A DNA stretch of 64,000 nt from Tubulanus polymorphus (taxonomy: Eukaryota > Animalia > Nemertea). The position numbers and the translations under genes were made by a program. The notes beneath the pieces were generated by a model. It had not been told where the DNA came from and made no database searches. It saw only the letters and a list, made by a program, of their open reading frames with translations. The DNA lies in contig NC_134026.1 in NCBI RefSeq assembly GCF_964204645.1, positions 18,076,150 to 18,140,149 on the forward strand, written 5' to 3'. Of the stretch, positions 30,635 to 40,783 are shown piece after piece. Position 1 is the stretch's first letter, and the number at the start of each line of letters is the position of its first letter.

Positions 30635-32755
30635 ATGTCGTCTCCAGTAGTATACTTTACCCATACTTCGGCTGAATCTCTATCGGATCCCGAAACGGAT
30701 CCAGAAAGTTTCCAATTACATAAGTTTGACTTGGTTACTTGTAAATCTTCACTCGTACTAGAATCATCGGTATTCGTTCACCCTTACCCACAAACAAGTG
30801 CCAGACCCGATTCGTGTAAGGACAGTAGGAAAAAATATACAAAAGTCGTTAATAGACCTCATATTTATGCAAAAGATAAGAGATACAAGTTCAAAGATGA
30901 CGGTGGTGATGTGTCCTCTCAAAAGCAAATTGACATCGTGAAAATCAATTACGGTGTTTTAACTCCAAGTGCCCAAAACGTAATCGCGCTGAAGACTGAT
31001 CTTTATCGAAAATCAAACACCGTTGTTTTGATTCGATTCGATAACAAGAAAGACATTCAAGAATTTATTCGTTCGTTTCACGGTCTGGATAGCGATGCCG
31101 AAGTTGACCATCTGTTCACGGTTAACAAAACCACCTCTCAAGTAAACGTTTTGAACTCTGCCAATTTTCTCTTTACTCTGTTCTCCAATGATGAAACTGC
31201 CAAGAGACCACATATGTTTTTTAATCCGTACATTTGGGACATTTACAAGGCGACCGGTAATTTTTCGCATCTAAGATGGATCGATTGTATTGAACCCGTT
31301 GAGATACTTCCCTTCTCTGATGACGCTGGCGGTGAAGTTGGCTCAGAAGTTTTGTCCAAAGATTGCACAGCTGTCTTGGATAAAGCCTACGATTACTTCT
31401 GTTCAATCTTTGACGAACAAGGTAGTTTGTTACCCAACGTACATGTTCCAAAAGGTAAAACTGAATCTGACATACTCGAACTGTACAATGTCGGCGATGG
31501 CTACTTGGACAACAAGTTACACATAAGGGTTGAAACCATTGCCCAGCAACCGTTGAACGTATTTGCCTTTGAAACGGACACATTTCCAGCTGTGTTGGTC
31601 GAACAAAAACATAATATCATGATGGATCCGGGTATTAAGCAGTGGATGGAGAGTTGGCTCACCAATCCCCATTACAATACACTCGAGTTTTTCTACACAA
31701 ATCTAGACTCACCTGTTATTGCTACAACGAACTCGTTTACCCAGAGACTGCATAAAGCAATTTACAAAGACCAACATTACATCGTGAAGGTCATTCAAAT
31801 GTCTAGACGAGATATGGTCTTTGGAGTTGTCTATCAGCCAGAGCCGGTGTTTAAGCATAATTTTGCAACAAAGGTCAAGTCGTCTGGAAAAAAATGCGAC
31901 CATCAACAAACAAGTATACCGTTACCCGTAGTGAAGGTGTTTACCAGTGAAATCAACAGGAATCTCGTCCTTGTAAATCTCCTCGGCATTGTAAACGTGG
32001 TTAACGAATTTGGTGAGTTGTTGTATCGCCAATTCAATCTGCCAAAATTCACCGATCATGAAATGCTGTGCGTGCCAGAATTTCTACGGAACTTTGCCAA
32101 TAAACTGTTTGAAAATCCCGATTACTTGAAGCAATTCATTTTTGCCTTTATCAAGTCGTACTCGAAGAACGGAGTGCCCAGAAATGCCGTGACCGAGTTG
32201 ACATACGGTGCAAAAACCAAAATGATTAAGTTATTGCTAGACACAATTTTTACCTCTACAAACGGAAAGATATTTGACGTTACTTTGATGGAAGATGTTA
32301 AATTCGAGACAGGTTACGCGGATAGCAGTGCAAGTCAGGCCGAGGAAAGTGGTAAAGTAGTAGAACCGTATCACGGATTTGTATACCAGATGGCCGATAT
32401 GTTGTCTATGTCCATGTTGGCTATAACTTATACGAAAATCGACACCAGCATCGCCTCCAAAAATAAGACATTACCCAAATCTGCAACCGCGTCGTCCGCA
32501 AATCAACAATCAGTTGCCGTGAACCCAAACAGTCGAGCTGCAATTCAAGAAAAATTAGACAGAGAAGCTGCGGCCAAGGCAGCAGAGGCCGAGGGAACAA
32601 GCGGCGAGGCTAAATCGGAACAAGTTGTAGAAAGCTACTCGAAGATACCCGTTGACACATTTGTACAGTGCGGTCTCCATCATAACTTTATTAACATTAA
32701 CAAAAGTTGCGAAGAAGCCGTGTTACGATTCATGTTAGGTGGTTGTTACAGTTAA
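30635..32755 (+). CDS. Hypothetical viral protein
   Basis: 706-aa intact ORF with AAAATG start. Confidence 0.78.
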   Translation: MSSPVVYFTHTSAESLSDPETDPESFQLHKFDLVTCKSSLVLESSVFVHPYPQTSARPDSCKDSRKKYTKVVNRPHIYAKDKRYKFKDDGGDVSSQKQIDIVKINYGVLTPSAQNVIALKTDLYRKSNTVVLIRFDNKKDIQEFIRSFHGLDSDAEVDHLFTVNKTTSQVNVLNSANFLFTLFSNDETAKRPHMFFNPYIWDIYKATGNFSHLRWIDCIEPVEILPFSDDAGGEVGSEVLSKDCTAVLDKAYDYFCSIFDEQGSLLPNVHVPKGKTESDILELYNVGDGYLDNKLHIRVETIAQQPLNVFAFETDTFPAVLVEQKHNIMMDPGIKQWMESWLTNPHYNTLEFFYTNLDSPVIATTNSFTQRLHKAIYKDQHYIVKVIQMSRRDMVFGVVYQPEPVFKHNFATKVKSSGKKCDHQQTSIPLPVVKVFTSEINRNLVLVNLLGIVNVVNEFGELLYRQFNLPKFTDHEMLCVPEFLRNFANKLFENPDYLKQFIFAFIKSYSKNGVPRNAVTELTYGAKTKMIKLLLDTIFTSTNGKIFDVTLMEDVKFETGYADSSASQAEESGKVVEPYHGFVYQMADMLSMSMLAITYTKIDTSIASKNKTLPKSATASSANQQSVAVNPNSRAAIQEKLDREAAAKAAEAEGTSGEAKSEQVVESYSKIPVDTFVQCGLHHNFININKSCEEAVLRFMLGGCYS

Positions 32756-32764
32756 AAAATAATA

Positions 32765-34276
32765 ATGAACTTTTTAGCCGAACACACAGACCTTGGTCTG
32801 TTGCATACTAAATTTTATGAAAATAAACTGAAAAGTGAAGAAACAGTAGGTGCCAACTCCTCGGCTGCACATAACACCATTGACCTAACTGATTTCATAC
32901 CCGGCTTACACGAAGATATTGGAGAAAACGAGTTGTACGTTGTTATGACCGACACAACGAAGGCAGCTTCGTTCAATGCAGGCAAATTCGATACGGAGGA
33001 AAAAACCGATACCCAACGCATTCGACAGTTGATAGAGAAATTTCTCAAGACGGAAAACGTGTCGCATATAATTGACAAAGATGCCATAGCACAAAATTGC
33101 TACACTTTACCCCATTTACTGTCGTCTACGTTAGCAAAGGACAATAAAGTCTCGTTATTCACTTCGTTGTGGTTAAACACAATGGGAGCCATAAATTCGC
33201 AAAGTATAGTGGAGGTTCTGGAACATTTTGCAAGTGAAAGTGTGCACAATCCCACGGCGTTGTTAGAAGAAATCAACGGTGGGGATAGTGCTGTAGGAAC
33301 GATAACCGACGATGATTGTCATTCGGATAACACGACCGTGTTGAATCGCAAAATGAACAAATTGTTGAACGATATAGCCTCGAGTCACGCCAACCACGGA
33401 GAAATCATGAGCATCACAAAAGAGATGGTTGATGAATTAAAACGATCTTGTTGGGAATTGGTTGTGCATCCAAAAATTCTGGCAACCGATATCATTCACC
33501 ACGAAATCTTTACCTATATGATAGAGTCAGCGGCCAGTAGACAAATGTTTAACGATATTCTATTTGACCCGGCAACGAACGTCACTACCATTGAACATTC
33601 GGACTATATTGGAGAGGTGAATAAAGCTGAGTTGAACATGTCAGATCGCCCGATCGACTTGTCCGATCACGTACCTATTATGGCAAGGACCGTGGCCAAA
33701 CTTATATTACCCAAAAGATTCACGTTTCCAAATTCAGACTCTTACCCATTGTACAATCAAGTATTCAACGTTATTCTTGGGATACTGGGCAGTGACATTA
33801 TGTACCTGGACTCTATAATAAAAATGTCTTGGTTCACATCGACCAAGTCTAGCACAGCTGTGTTGGATAAATTGCGGAAAGTTGAGCAGAGCGTTGAGAA
33901 CGAATGTGAAAAAATCATAAAGTCCAACAATTCAGGGGAGGCTGTTCCAATTGAAAAGAAACTAAAGTTTTTGTGGACTAAAATTACCGCGATGGTTGTC
34001 TGGGTGACAGTGTTTAATTATTTGCACAAAGACAACGAACGTAAAGTTCCCTCAATTTGCATAGGTCGAATGGACGATATGGGGAGTCAATCTGGTGAAA
34101 AACTTTTGGTCAGTGACAGTAAGCCTGATCGATTGGCTATGAACGATTACACTCTGTACTTTGAAAATTACGAGTATTATATAAAAATCCCATCATCTCA
34201 TTCACGTAGAAGTCTTGTATATAAATGTAATGACTATAAAAGTTTGATATTGCATGGCTTGAATAAATTTCTGTAA
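32765..34276 (+). CDS. Hypothetical viral protein
   Basis: 503-aa intact ORF 9 bp downstream of the previous gene; AATAAA at its end. Confidence 0.78.
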   Translation: MNFLAEHTDLGLLHTKFYENKLKSEETVGANSSAAHNTIDLTDFIPGLHEDIGENELYVVMTDTTKAASFNAGKFDTEEKTDTQRIRQLIEKFLKTENVSHIIDKDAIAQNCYTLPHLLSSTLAKDNKVSLFTSLWLNTMGAINSQSIVEVLEHFASESVHNPTALLEEINGGDSAVGTITDDDCHSDNTTVLNRKMNKLLNDIASSHANHGEIMSITKEMVDELKRSCWELVVHPKILATDIIHHEIFTYMIESAASRQMFNDILFDPATNVTTIEHSDYIGEVNKAELNMSDRPIDLSDHVPIMARTVAKLILPKRFTFPNSDSYPLYNQVFNVILGILGSDIMYLDSIIKMSWFTSTKSSTAVLDKLRKVEQSVENECEKIIKSNNSGEAVPIEKKLKFLWTKITAMVVWVTVFNYLHKDNERKVPSICIGRMDDMGSQSGEKLLVSDSKPDRLAMNDYTLYFENYEYYIKIPSSHSRRSLVYKCNDYKSLILHGLNKFL

Positions 34277-34658
34277 ATGTTGTAAAAAATACACATTTTT
34301 CTTGAGTTACTTTTTGTTAAAGGAACAAAAATGAGGAACAAAAAAACGACATTATAAATAAAATGTCAGGTTTGTCCTTTTTAGAGTGGGTCGTTATTTT
34401 ATCCATTCAACATGGATCATGACGATGATGAGGTCGTATCTTACAGAATGACAACGAATTTGGGAATTCGGCAGTGAAAGGGTTAAAGAAGTAATAGCAC
34501 CACAAGCAATTGCTAATTCGCTATCTTGGACACTAAGCGTTCAATTTATTATTTCAATTTCCTTTATCTTGACAGTGGCTATGGCAATAGCCAATATATT
34601 CTGTCGTAAAGGCCAAAAGCAACGTTAAGCACGCAATAGACGCCAAAGAGCTGCCGAG

Positions 34659-35042
34659 ATGTTGGAAGAGGTTCATTTTAGAAACCACCACCCATATAGA
34701 CAAGGACGACTTGATAGAGTTCGCAATCTTGACCGCCAATTCAACTTGGATTTTCAAAGGTTTATGAATCGCGTTGTTGAAGGCGGTAATCCTGTCGGTA
34801 AAGTCGAGAAACACAATGTGGAAACATATTCAATCAATGACGCCGCTGATACCCATATCGATACCCAAAATATTGCTGAAGACTCTGTGAACTTGTGTAC
34901 TATTTGTTACATAAAAGAACGTGATGTAGCAATTGTTGACTGTGGACACTCTTTCTGTTGTACCAGTTGTGTAAAATATTTGGAAAATTGTTCAATTTGT
35001 CAATGTAGGATAAGATATGTATTGCCGTACTACAACAGTTGA
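34659..35042 (+). CDS. C-terminal C3HC4 RING-finger protein (IAP/MDM2-type RING), 5' part possibly disrupted
   Basis: CTIC...DCGHSFCCTSC...CSIC; an upstream in-frame ATG (MAIANIF...) is separated by one TAA. Confidence 0.8.
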   Translation: MLEEVHFRNHHPYRQGRLDRVRNLDRQFNLDFQRFMNRVVEGGNPVGKVEKHNVETYSINDAADTHIDTQNIAEDSVNLCTICYIKERDVAIVDCGHSFCCTSCVKYLENCSICQCRIRYVLPYYNS

Positions 35043-35075
35043 ATTAAATTATGCGTTCAAAATATTCGCTCATGC

Positions 35076-35121
35076 CTTATTTCTCCTCTTGTAACCCGCG
35101 GGTGAGAAATGGAGAAATAAG
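35076..35121. repeat. hr-like imperfect palindrome
   Basis: CTTATTTCTCC-TCTTGTA-ACCCGCGGGT-GAGAAAT-GGAGAAATAAG: perfect 11-bp outer arms and a 10-bp palindromic core. Confidence 0.9.
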
Positions 35122-35294
35122 CGAACATGTGTTCAGGACGTAAGAAAATATTACAAGTTAGGAAATTTTTGTAACACAAAAACTCTGACAATACGAGATA
35201 CGAAATATTTTGTAACCTATTTGTTACATTTTTCAATCAAGTATAAAAGGACGAAAGATTTTACTTCTAACACACAACACCACATCTCACCAAA

Positions 35295-36284
35295 ATGATG
35301 TTGACGTTATTTTTCGTAGTGATTGTGGCTTGGACTGGATATTCGTATGGACAAGGCTCAACACCTTCGTATCGATATATAGTTGGTGCAGAATTTATTC
35401 GAGACTCATATGAATGGACTGTGCCAATACGTAGTATACCAAAACTAAAAGGCTGGATAAATTCTTCATTGGCTACCACGGGGGCAGGTTGTAAAACTGA
35501 CCAGGGCATGTATAGCGAGTGTTCGTTAAGAATATACTACACATACGATAAACCAGAAGAACACTACTTGTTAACACATGGCCATTACGATTGTTCGGAT
35601 TTAAAATACGGCAACGATTGGTATTGGAGTACGACAACTTTTGAGAAAGGTGTGATAGATGGCGATATTTTAAAAAAACTTCACATGTTTTGGACTGTCA
35701 CCGTACACCTCGAGTTTGCTAGGGCGGCTTTTTCTTTATGTAATGAAACTTGGTACTTTCGTCGCGTATCGTCGAAAGAATATCCCAGAGGACAATTTTG
35801 GAAAATGGAGACGAAAGATCGTCTAAGACTAAACTTACCAAACTTACCTCGACCAAAAGACGTGGAAATAATTTACACCGGCCGCAGTGACGAGTTAGTC
35901 GACCAAACCGACCCAGTAAAGTCAAACTATCGATATCTACTTGTCGCGCCTTGGTCTACTTTAACAATCGACCCGAATGTGACTACTACAAAGCCGCCAA
36001 CAACAACCGTCACAACCATCACCACCACAGAGAGAGATACTACTACACCCGCAACGACAACTACCCATTGTCCGATATACCCAGCTCCGACCGAAAGACC
36101 AATACCACGACCACTTCCACCGTCAAAATGACAGTGCAGTGATAATAACACTATTTTGCTATCCATGGCAACTGCGATTGTATTTTTGTTTGTGATATGC
36201 TGTGGTCTGACGATAATCGTGATATGGCTTGTTAACAAAATCAAGAAGAACAATCAAAGTGATGATAATGAAAGACTTGTGTAA
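35295..36284 (+). CDS. Type I membrane glycoprotein with in-frame TGA before its TM anchor
   Basis: Signal peptide, Cys ectodomain, Thr-rich stalk; TGA at 36129..36131, then 50 in-frame codons including ILLSMATAIVFLFVICCGLTIIVIWLV-NKIKK; TATAAAA at 35242. Confidence 0.78.
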
Positions 36285-36385
36285 AATCGTGATATAAGTA
36301 TAAATTTTGTATATGTACATAAAATAATATAACCAGAATTTATATCATTTATATCATGTTTTATTTTATTTCGATTTATTTTCAT

Positions 36386-36680
36386 TTACAGTTCTACACA
36401 TGTTTTCAGTACATGTAGTTCAAAGTAGCGATCTCTGTTGATTTTCTTCACGATGTTCACATTTGCTGTTTTGCCGAGCAAGCCTTGGTGGTCAATTACC
36501 ACCTGACCTCTGGTGTATTGTCCATTGCACTCAACTGTAGCATAGGTCGAATACACTTTTTTTCGTCACTTTATCAACCAACACGTTTCCAGACACCGTG
36601 GTGATGCCAGCAGCCAGGGCCATAAGTATTGCCTGGGCATCGTCAAGACCAGCGTCGATGTCAATAACAAACTTGGTCAT
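36386..36680 (-). pseudogene. Internally deleted inosine-uridine-type nucleoside hydrolase gene
   Basis: Not in ORF track. N-terminus MTKFVIDIDAGLDDAQAILMALAA-GITTVSGNV (DxDxxxDD motif) fused out of frame to C-terminus ATVECNGQYTRGQVVIDH...NVNIVKKINRDRYF; TATAAAA ~45 nt upstream. Confidence 0.85.
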
Positions 36681-36815
36681 TTGTAGAGTCTGATTGAAAG
36701 TAAAAAGTGACCGTTGTTTGTTTTTATACTCGTGTTATAATTTGTTAGTTAGGAAATATTTATTTCACTCAGTACCAGTAGTCCATTCTGTTCATTCACA
36801 CTCAAACTTTCAACC

Positions 36816-37986
36816 ATGGCAGTTGACCCAATGGCTGTTCATTCAATACGAGAAATTGTCAGATTGAGACAATTATGGACAGGTATTGATGCTCCAAACG
36901 AACTCATGGAACTAATGACAAATGGTTTCCATTGGCCGGGATAGTGGTTTCTTTGAACCAGACCATGGTTTCCATTGGCCGGGATAGTGGTTTATTTAAA
37001 CCAGACCATGGTTTCCATGGCCGGGACAATAGTTTCTTTGGGTCGGATGATGGTTTTCAAAACACATTTATTTTCACATATTTTTATATTTTTTTTCAGA
37101 GATTACAAATACATATGTGCTGAACTTCTACCCATGGATATAATGGACGTGAAGATCAACGGAATATGGACAGACAACGGCTGCTACATTTCTGGTGTAT
37201 CTGTTCTAAAGATGTTGAAGAAGTATACTACTAGAGACAGAGGGGAACCGACCTTTGCTAGTGAGCCCGATGAGTATAAAATGAAAGCTGTGGTGGGCCA
37301 ACATTATCTAACCATGGTAAACGGCGCTGGTATTCTGAAAGTGATCGAGAATAACATAGAAAAGTGGCAACACAACCCACGGGTTGTTCAGATGTGTGCT
37401 GCTTTGGGCATTACGACTGAGTTCAAGTCAACGACAGCACTCGACCCGGTTAAACCAATTCCAAAAGAGAAAAAGACATTCGCTCCAAGACCATCACGAC
37501 ATCTCGCACAGAGAACAGGCAATCATGCCACTTAATAAAGGAAATGGCACAGAGGCCTTTGGGTCCTTGTTAACCGGATTCCTTAGCCATTTGGCTGAAG
37601 AACGGAAGGAAAAAGAACGCGAACGGGAACAAGAACGTTTGGAGAGAGAAAAATGGTATGCAATGATAAACGCTGAGTGGAATAGAATTGACAAGATTAT
37701 AATTTTACCCAAACAAATACCTACAAAACCCATACCGTCAACTTCAGCTACTGTCTACCCCGAAGGCTACACCAACTGCCAAGAAATCTACGGCCGAAAA
37801 AGCTACCCCGATCGCCGCAAGAAAATCTACAAGCAAGCAGGCATCCAAACGCAAAGCTTTACCCAAACGCAAAGTTGTCGTAATGGTTCAATGTTTAATC
37901 TCTCACTCTTGTTCACTTTCTTCTTCTTCTTCCTCCTCTTCTTCTGTTTCACTAGGAGACTCGTACTTTATTTGTTCAGAGTCTGA
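36816..37986 (+). CDS. BRO-N-like domain gene, probably spliced; 3' part in a second frame
   Basis: ACCATGG start at 36816, strong polypyrimidine acceptor at ~37099, exon paralogous to 13797..14138; exact splice structure unresolved. Confidence 0.45.
36922..37049 (+). repeat. 43-bp tandem repeat, 3 copies
   Basis: ATGGTTTCCATTGGCCGGGATAGTGGTTT... starting at 36922, 36965 and 37008. Confidence 0.9.
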
Positions 37987-38110
37987 TAAAAAATAAAGGA
38001 CTTTCAACAACTGCGATTATTATAATATGTGCCGTATGTGTGGCATTATTTTTATTTATATTGGTAATTATTTTCGTTACAAAAGTTTTATGAATACAAA
38101 TACAATATTT

Positions 38111-40411
38111 TCAAATTTCAATACTCAATAGTTCTGAATCCGAAACGTCTTCTTCCCAATCGAACAGAGTCACTTCTTCCACGGGTTTATCCGACTCTAG
38201 ACGAACATCGATCATTTCAAATTTTACAGCCGGATTACATTTATGTTTTAGATATTCCGGCGGTAGATGAACTTCGTTGGTGCACTGAATAAAATTGAGT
38301 CCAGACTTTGACTTGGAAACGCATCGTGTCTTTGTCATTGGGTAGAAAATTTCATCGGGAGCAGTGGAGTGACATGAATTTGTAATGTCCCCGAGCGGTC
38401 TCTTTTTAGATGTTATGTTCTTTTGGCGATAATTTTTCACATCTTCTCTATCCCGCTTCACTCTGGATTCGAAAAATGATCGCACATAATACATTTCGGG
38501 TAATTCGGTACCAGTGGTATCTGAGCCGTAAAACTTTGCCATTTGTTCGATCAGTAGACGTTGCATGCGTTCCATGGTGTAAGTGGGAAATTCCTCCACC
38601 ACAGCATAAGCAAGTCCCATTCGGTTAACAGCTCTCCATCTTTGGTCTTCGGGCATCTCGTCTAAGTTTTCCTTTTCTGCCTTTATGAGTGCAACGTGAA
38701 CTGATTGTGGCTCTATCATATTTACGACCACAGCCTGTTCTAACATCTGCATTCCAAAAGTTCCTTGTGGGCATACTAGTATGGGTGCCTTGTCAAAAAC
38801 CTCTATGAGGATGGGTTTATTTTCGAGGGAATCGACATCGAACAATATCAACATAGCCTTGCCATGTTTGGGTATAACGTGTTTAGAGTGAGTGTAGAAG
38901 TTCGGATCGTATCCCTTGCTTTTGTCGAGATGACAGGTAGACTTGGCTTCATCAACACACGGACACTGAGATTCTTCTGGTGTGATGCTAAACGACAGTG
39001 GGAACTTGTCTTTGGGAAATTTTTCAGTTTCGAACGGTTCGTTTTGTAAATGTTCGGCAGCTAGATACCTGTATTTTTTTGCGTATCCTGTAAATGACCC
39101 TCCACGCACTTTGGGTTTTTGTACAAGCTTGTCGCAAGATTGCAATTTTTCTATCGTCATATCGACCAACATTTGTCTTCTAGTTTCCTTGTCCGTTGTG
39201 TCCATGACCGATTGCATTTCTTCGACCGATATAGTAGGATTTCCAAAAGTTTTCAACTCAAACACAGCCAGACAAGGATTTTCCAAGATGGAATGATCGG
39301 CGACGGCAGTTGATGTTTTGTGGTGTTGAGTTACTGATGGCGCTTGGGTACAAGCAAATAGGTCGTCATCTGCCGTCATCACCATATCTCCGTCACTGTC
39401 TCGATCCGTGGGTATGTAAGCGTATTTGTTGAGAACGGAATCGCTAAATTGACACATGTCGTTCATGTATTTTTCAGGATCTTCTTCATAAGTTATATCG
39501 CCGTCGGGAGTGCTCGTCATAAAGGGTAAATTGTTGTTGAGATATCTACCACTGAGATGGGCATGTAGAGTTTTGTTTTTTGGATTTTTCACCAAATGAT
39601 CAACAACTTGTCCAAATAGATAGTCAAACGCGAGGGCATGAAAGTATGTTCCGGCTTTAGCTGCATCGTTCGTAATGAAATGATCGTTGCCAATATCATT
39701 CTGTATCGCCACACAACTTTCTATAAGCCCACCTTCGATTTTTTCTATCTTTGCCTTGACATGAGACAAAAATCCCTCGTCGTTCGCCAAACAATCATCG
39801 TTGTCCACCAAACAATCATTATCCGACATGGCTCTTATATCAGATCCAAAACTTAGTGTCTGAAGCCATGTCTGTGGACCCATAAGAGTTGACCATGTTC
39901 GTTCTATGACATTTGGGTCAGCATAAGAAGCCACATCTCTACCTTCAACGAATAAATTGGTTTTCGTCCAATTACAAAAACCTTGATTGTGCAGGGTACA
40001 TTCGTGATATGCTCGCCATACTCTATCTTGATCGCACAGTTGTCGTGTTTTTTCTCTATCGATGGTAGAGTTGTACGACGACGGTTCTTTAATATATTCT
40101 AACACGCATAATCGCAACGTTTCTCTAAGTCTACCAAACAGGGTAAGATGTCGTGATTTATTTAAGGTGTTGTGGGGAAAGTTGCTATTTGCAGCAATAG
40201 CTTCATCGGGTGAAATTTTAGTAACCAATGGTTGAGGTATAGGAGTAAGTATTTTTTTCTTGGTTACATTTGGCACAGGCTGTTTTTTGGGTACGTTATT
40301 TTTCTTCGCATTGTTCTTTTTCGGACCCGAGGCGGGCGAAGATTTGGTGGTATTTTTAGCAGCAGCCTTTGCCATTTTTAGAAATGGCACTTTGTCCTGT
40401 CTGGCACGCAA
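38111..40411 (-). CDS. Alkaline exonuclease (PD-(D/E)xK, lambda-exo/YqaJ/herpes UL12-like)
   Basis: AAKAGTYFH, LPFMTSTPDG, LAVFELKT and MQMLEQ motifs in the expected order; likely start MAKAAAK at 40375. Confidence 0.78.
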   Translation of the reverse strand: MRARQDKVPFLKMAKAAAKNTTKSSPASGPKKNNAKKNNVPKKQPVPNVTKKKILTPIPQPLVTKISPDEAIAANSNFPHNTLNKSRHLTLFGRLRETLRLCVLEYIKEPSSYNSTIDREKTRQLCDQDRVWRAYHECTLHNQGFCNWTKTNLFVEGRDVASYADPNVIERTWSTLMGPQTWLQTLSFGSDIRAMSDNDCLVDNDDCLANDEGFLSHVKAKIEKIEGGLIESCVAIQNDIGNDHFITNDAAKAGTYFHALAFDYLFGQVVDHLVKNPKNKTLHAHLSGRYLNNNLPFMTSTPDGDITYEEDPEKYMNDMCQFSDSVLNKYAYIPTDRDSDGDMVMTADDDLFACTQAPSVTQHHKTSTAVADHSILENPCLAVFELKTFGNPTISVEEMQSVMDTTDKETRRQMLVDMTIEKLQSCDKLVQKPKVRGGSFTGYAKKYRYLAAEHLQNEPFETEKFPKDKFPLSFSITPEESQCPCVDEAKSTCHLDKSKGYDPNFYTHSKHVIPKHGKAMLILFDVDSLENKPILIEVFDKAPILVCPQGTFGMQMLEQAVVVNMIEPQSVHVALIKAEKENLDEMPEDQRWRAVNRMGLAYAVVEEFPTYTMERMQRLLIEQMAKFYGSDTTGTELPEMYYVRSFFESRVKRDREDVKNYRQKNITSKKRPLGDITNSCHSTAPDEIFYPMTKTRCVSKSKSGLNFIQCTNEVHLPPEYLKHKCNPAVKFEMIDVRLESDKPVEEVTLFDWEEDVSDSELLSIEI

Positions 40412-40783
40412 ATCAGAATAAAGCGAACACTGCGTTCCAATGCTTTTATATTAAAGTCCGATAAATGGGTAACTAAATATTTTCGGACTTTTTGATGATG
40501 TTAGAAATTTGTACAAAAGTTATATTTTTATGTTTCACTCCAAGTGCTCTGAAAACAGTACATCTATGTTACCGGTGTTGGTATTTTTTTTCTTAGATCT
40601 GGATTTTGAACGATGCCCCTTCTCCGATGATCTGTCTCCGCCACGACTCCTGCTACTGCCTTTCGTAGCTAATGAACTATGTGTCTGTTTTGGTCGGTCA
40701 TCTGCTGTTTCTGTATCTAAAACAGGATCTTCTTCAGACGTTCCGGCCCAGCACCAGTGGATATTTCAGCTTGTTGTTCACCT

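Noticed and set aside
34470-34486. piggyBac-like terminus GGCAGTGAAAGGGTTAA suggesting a Teratorn-type element
   Set aside because: No convincing partner terminus and no transposase in the window; at most a small remnant.
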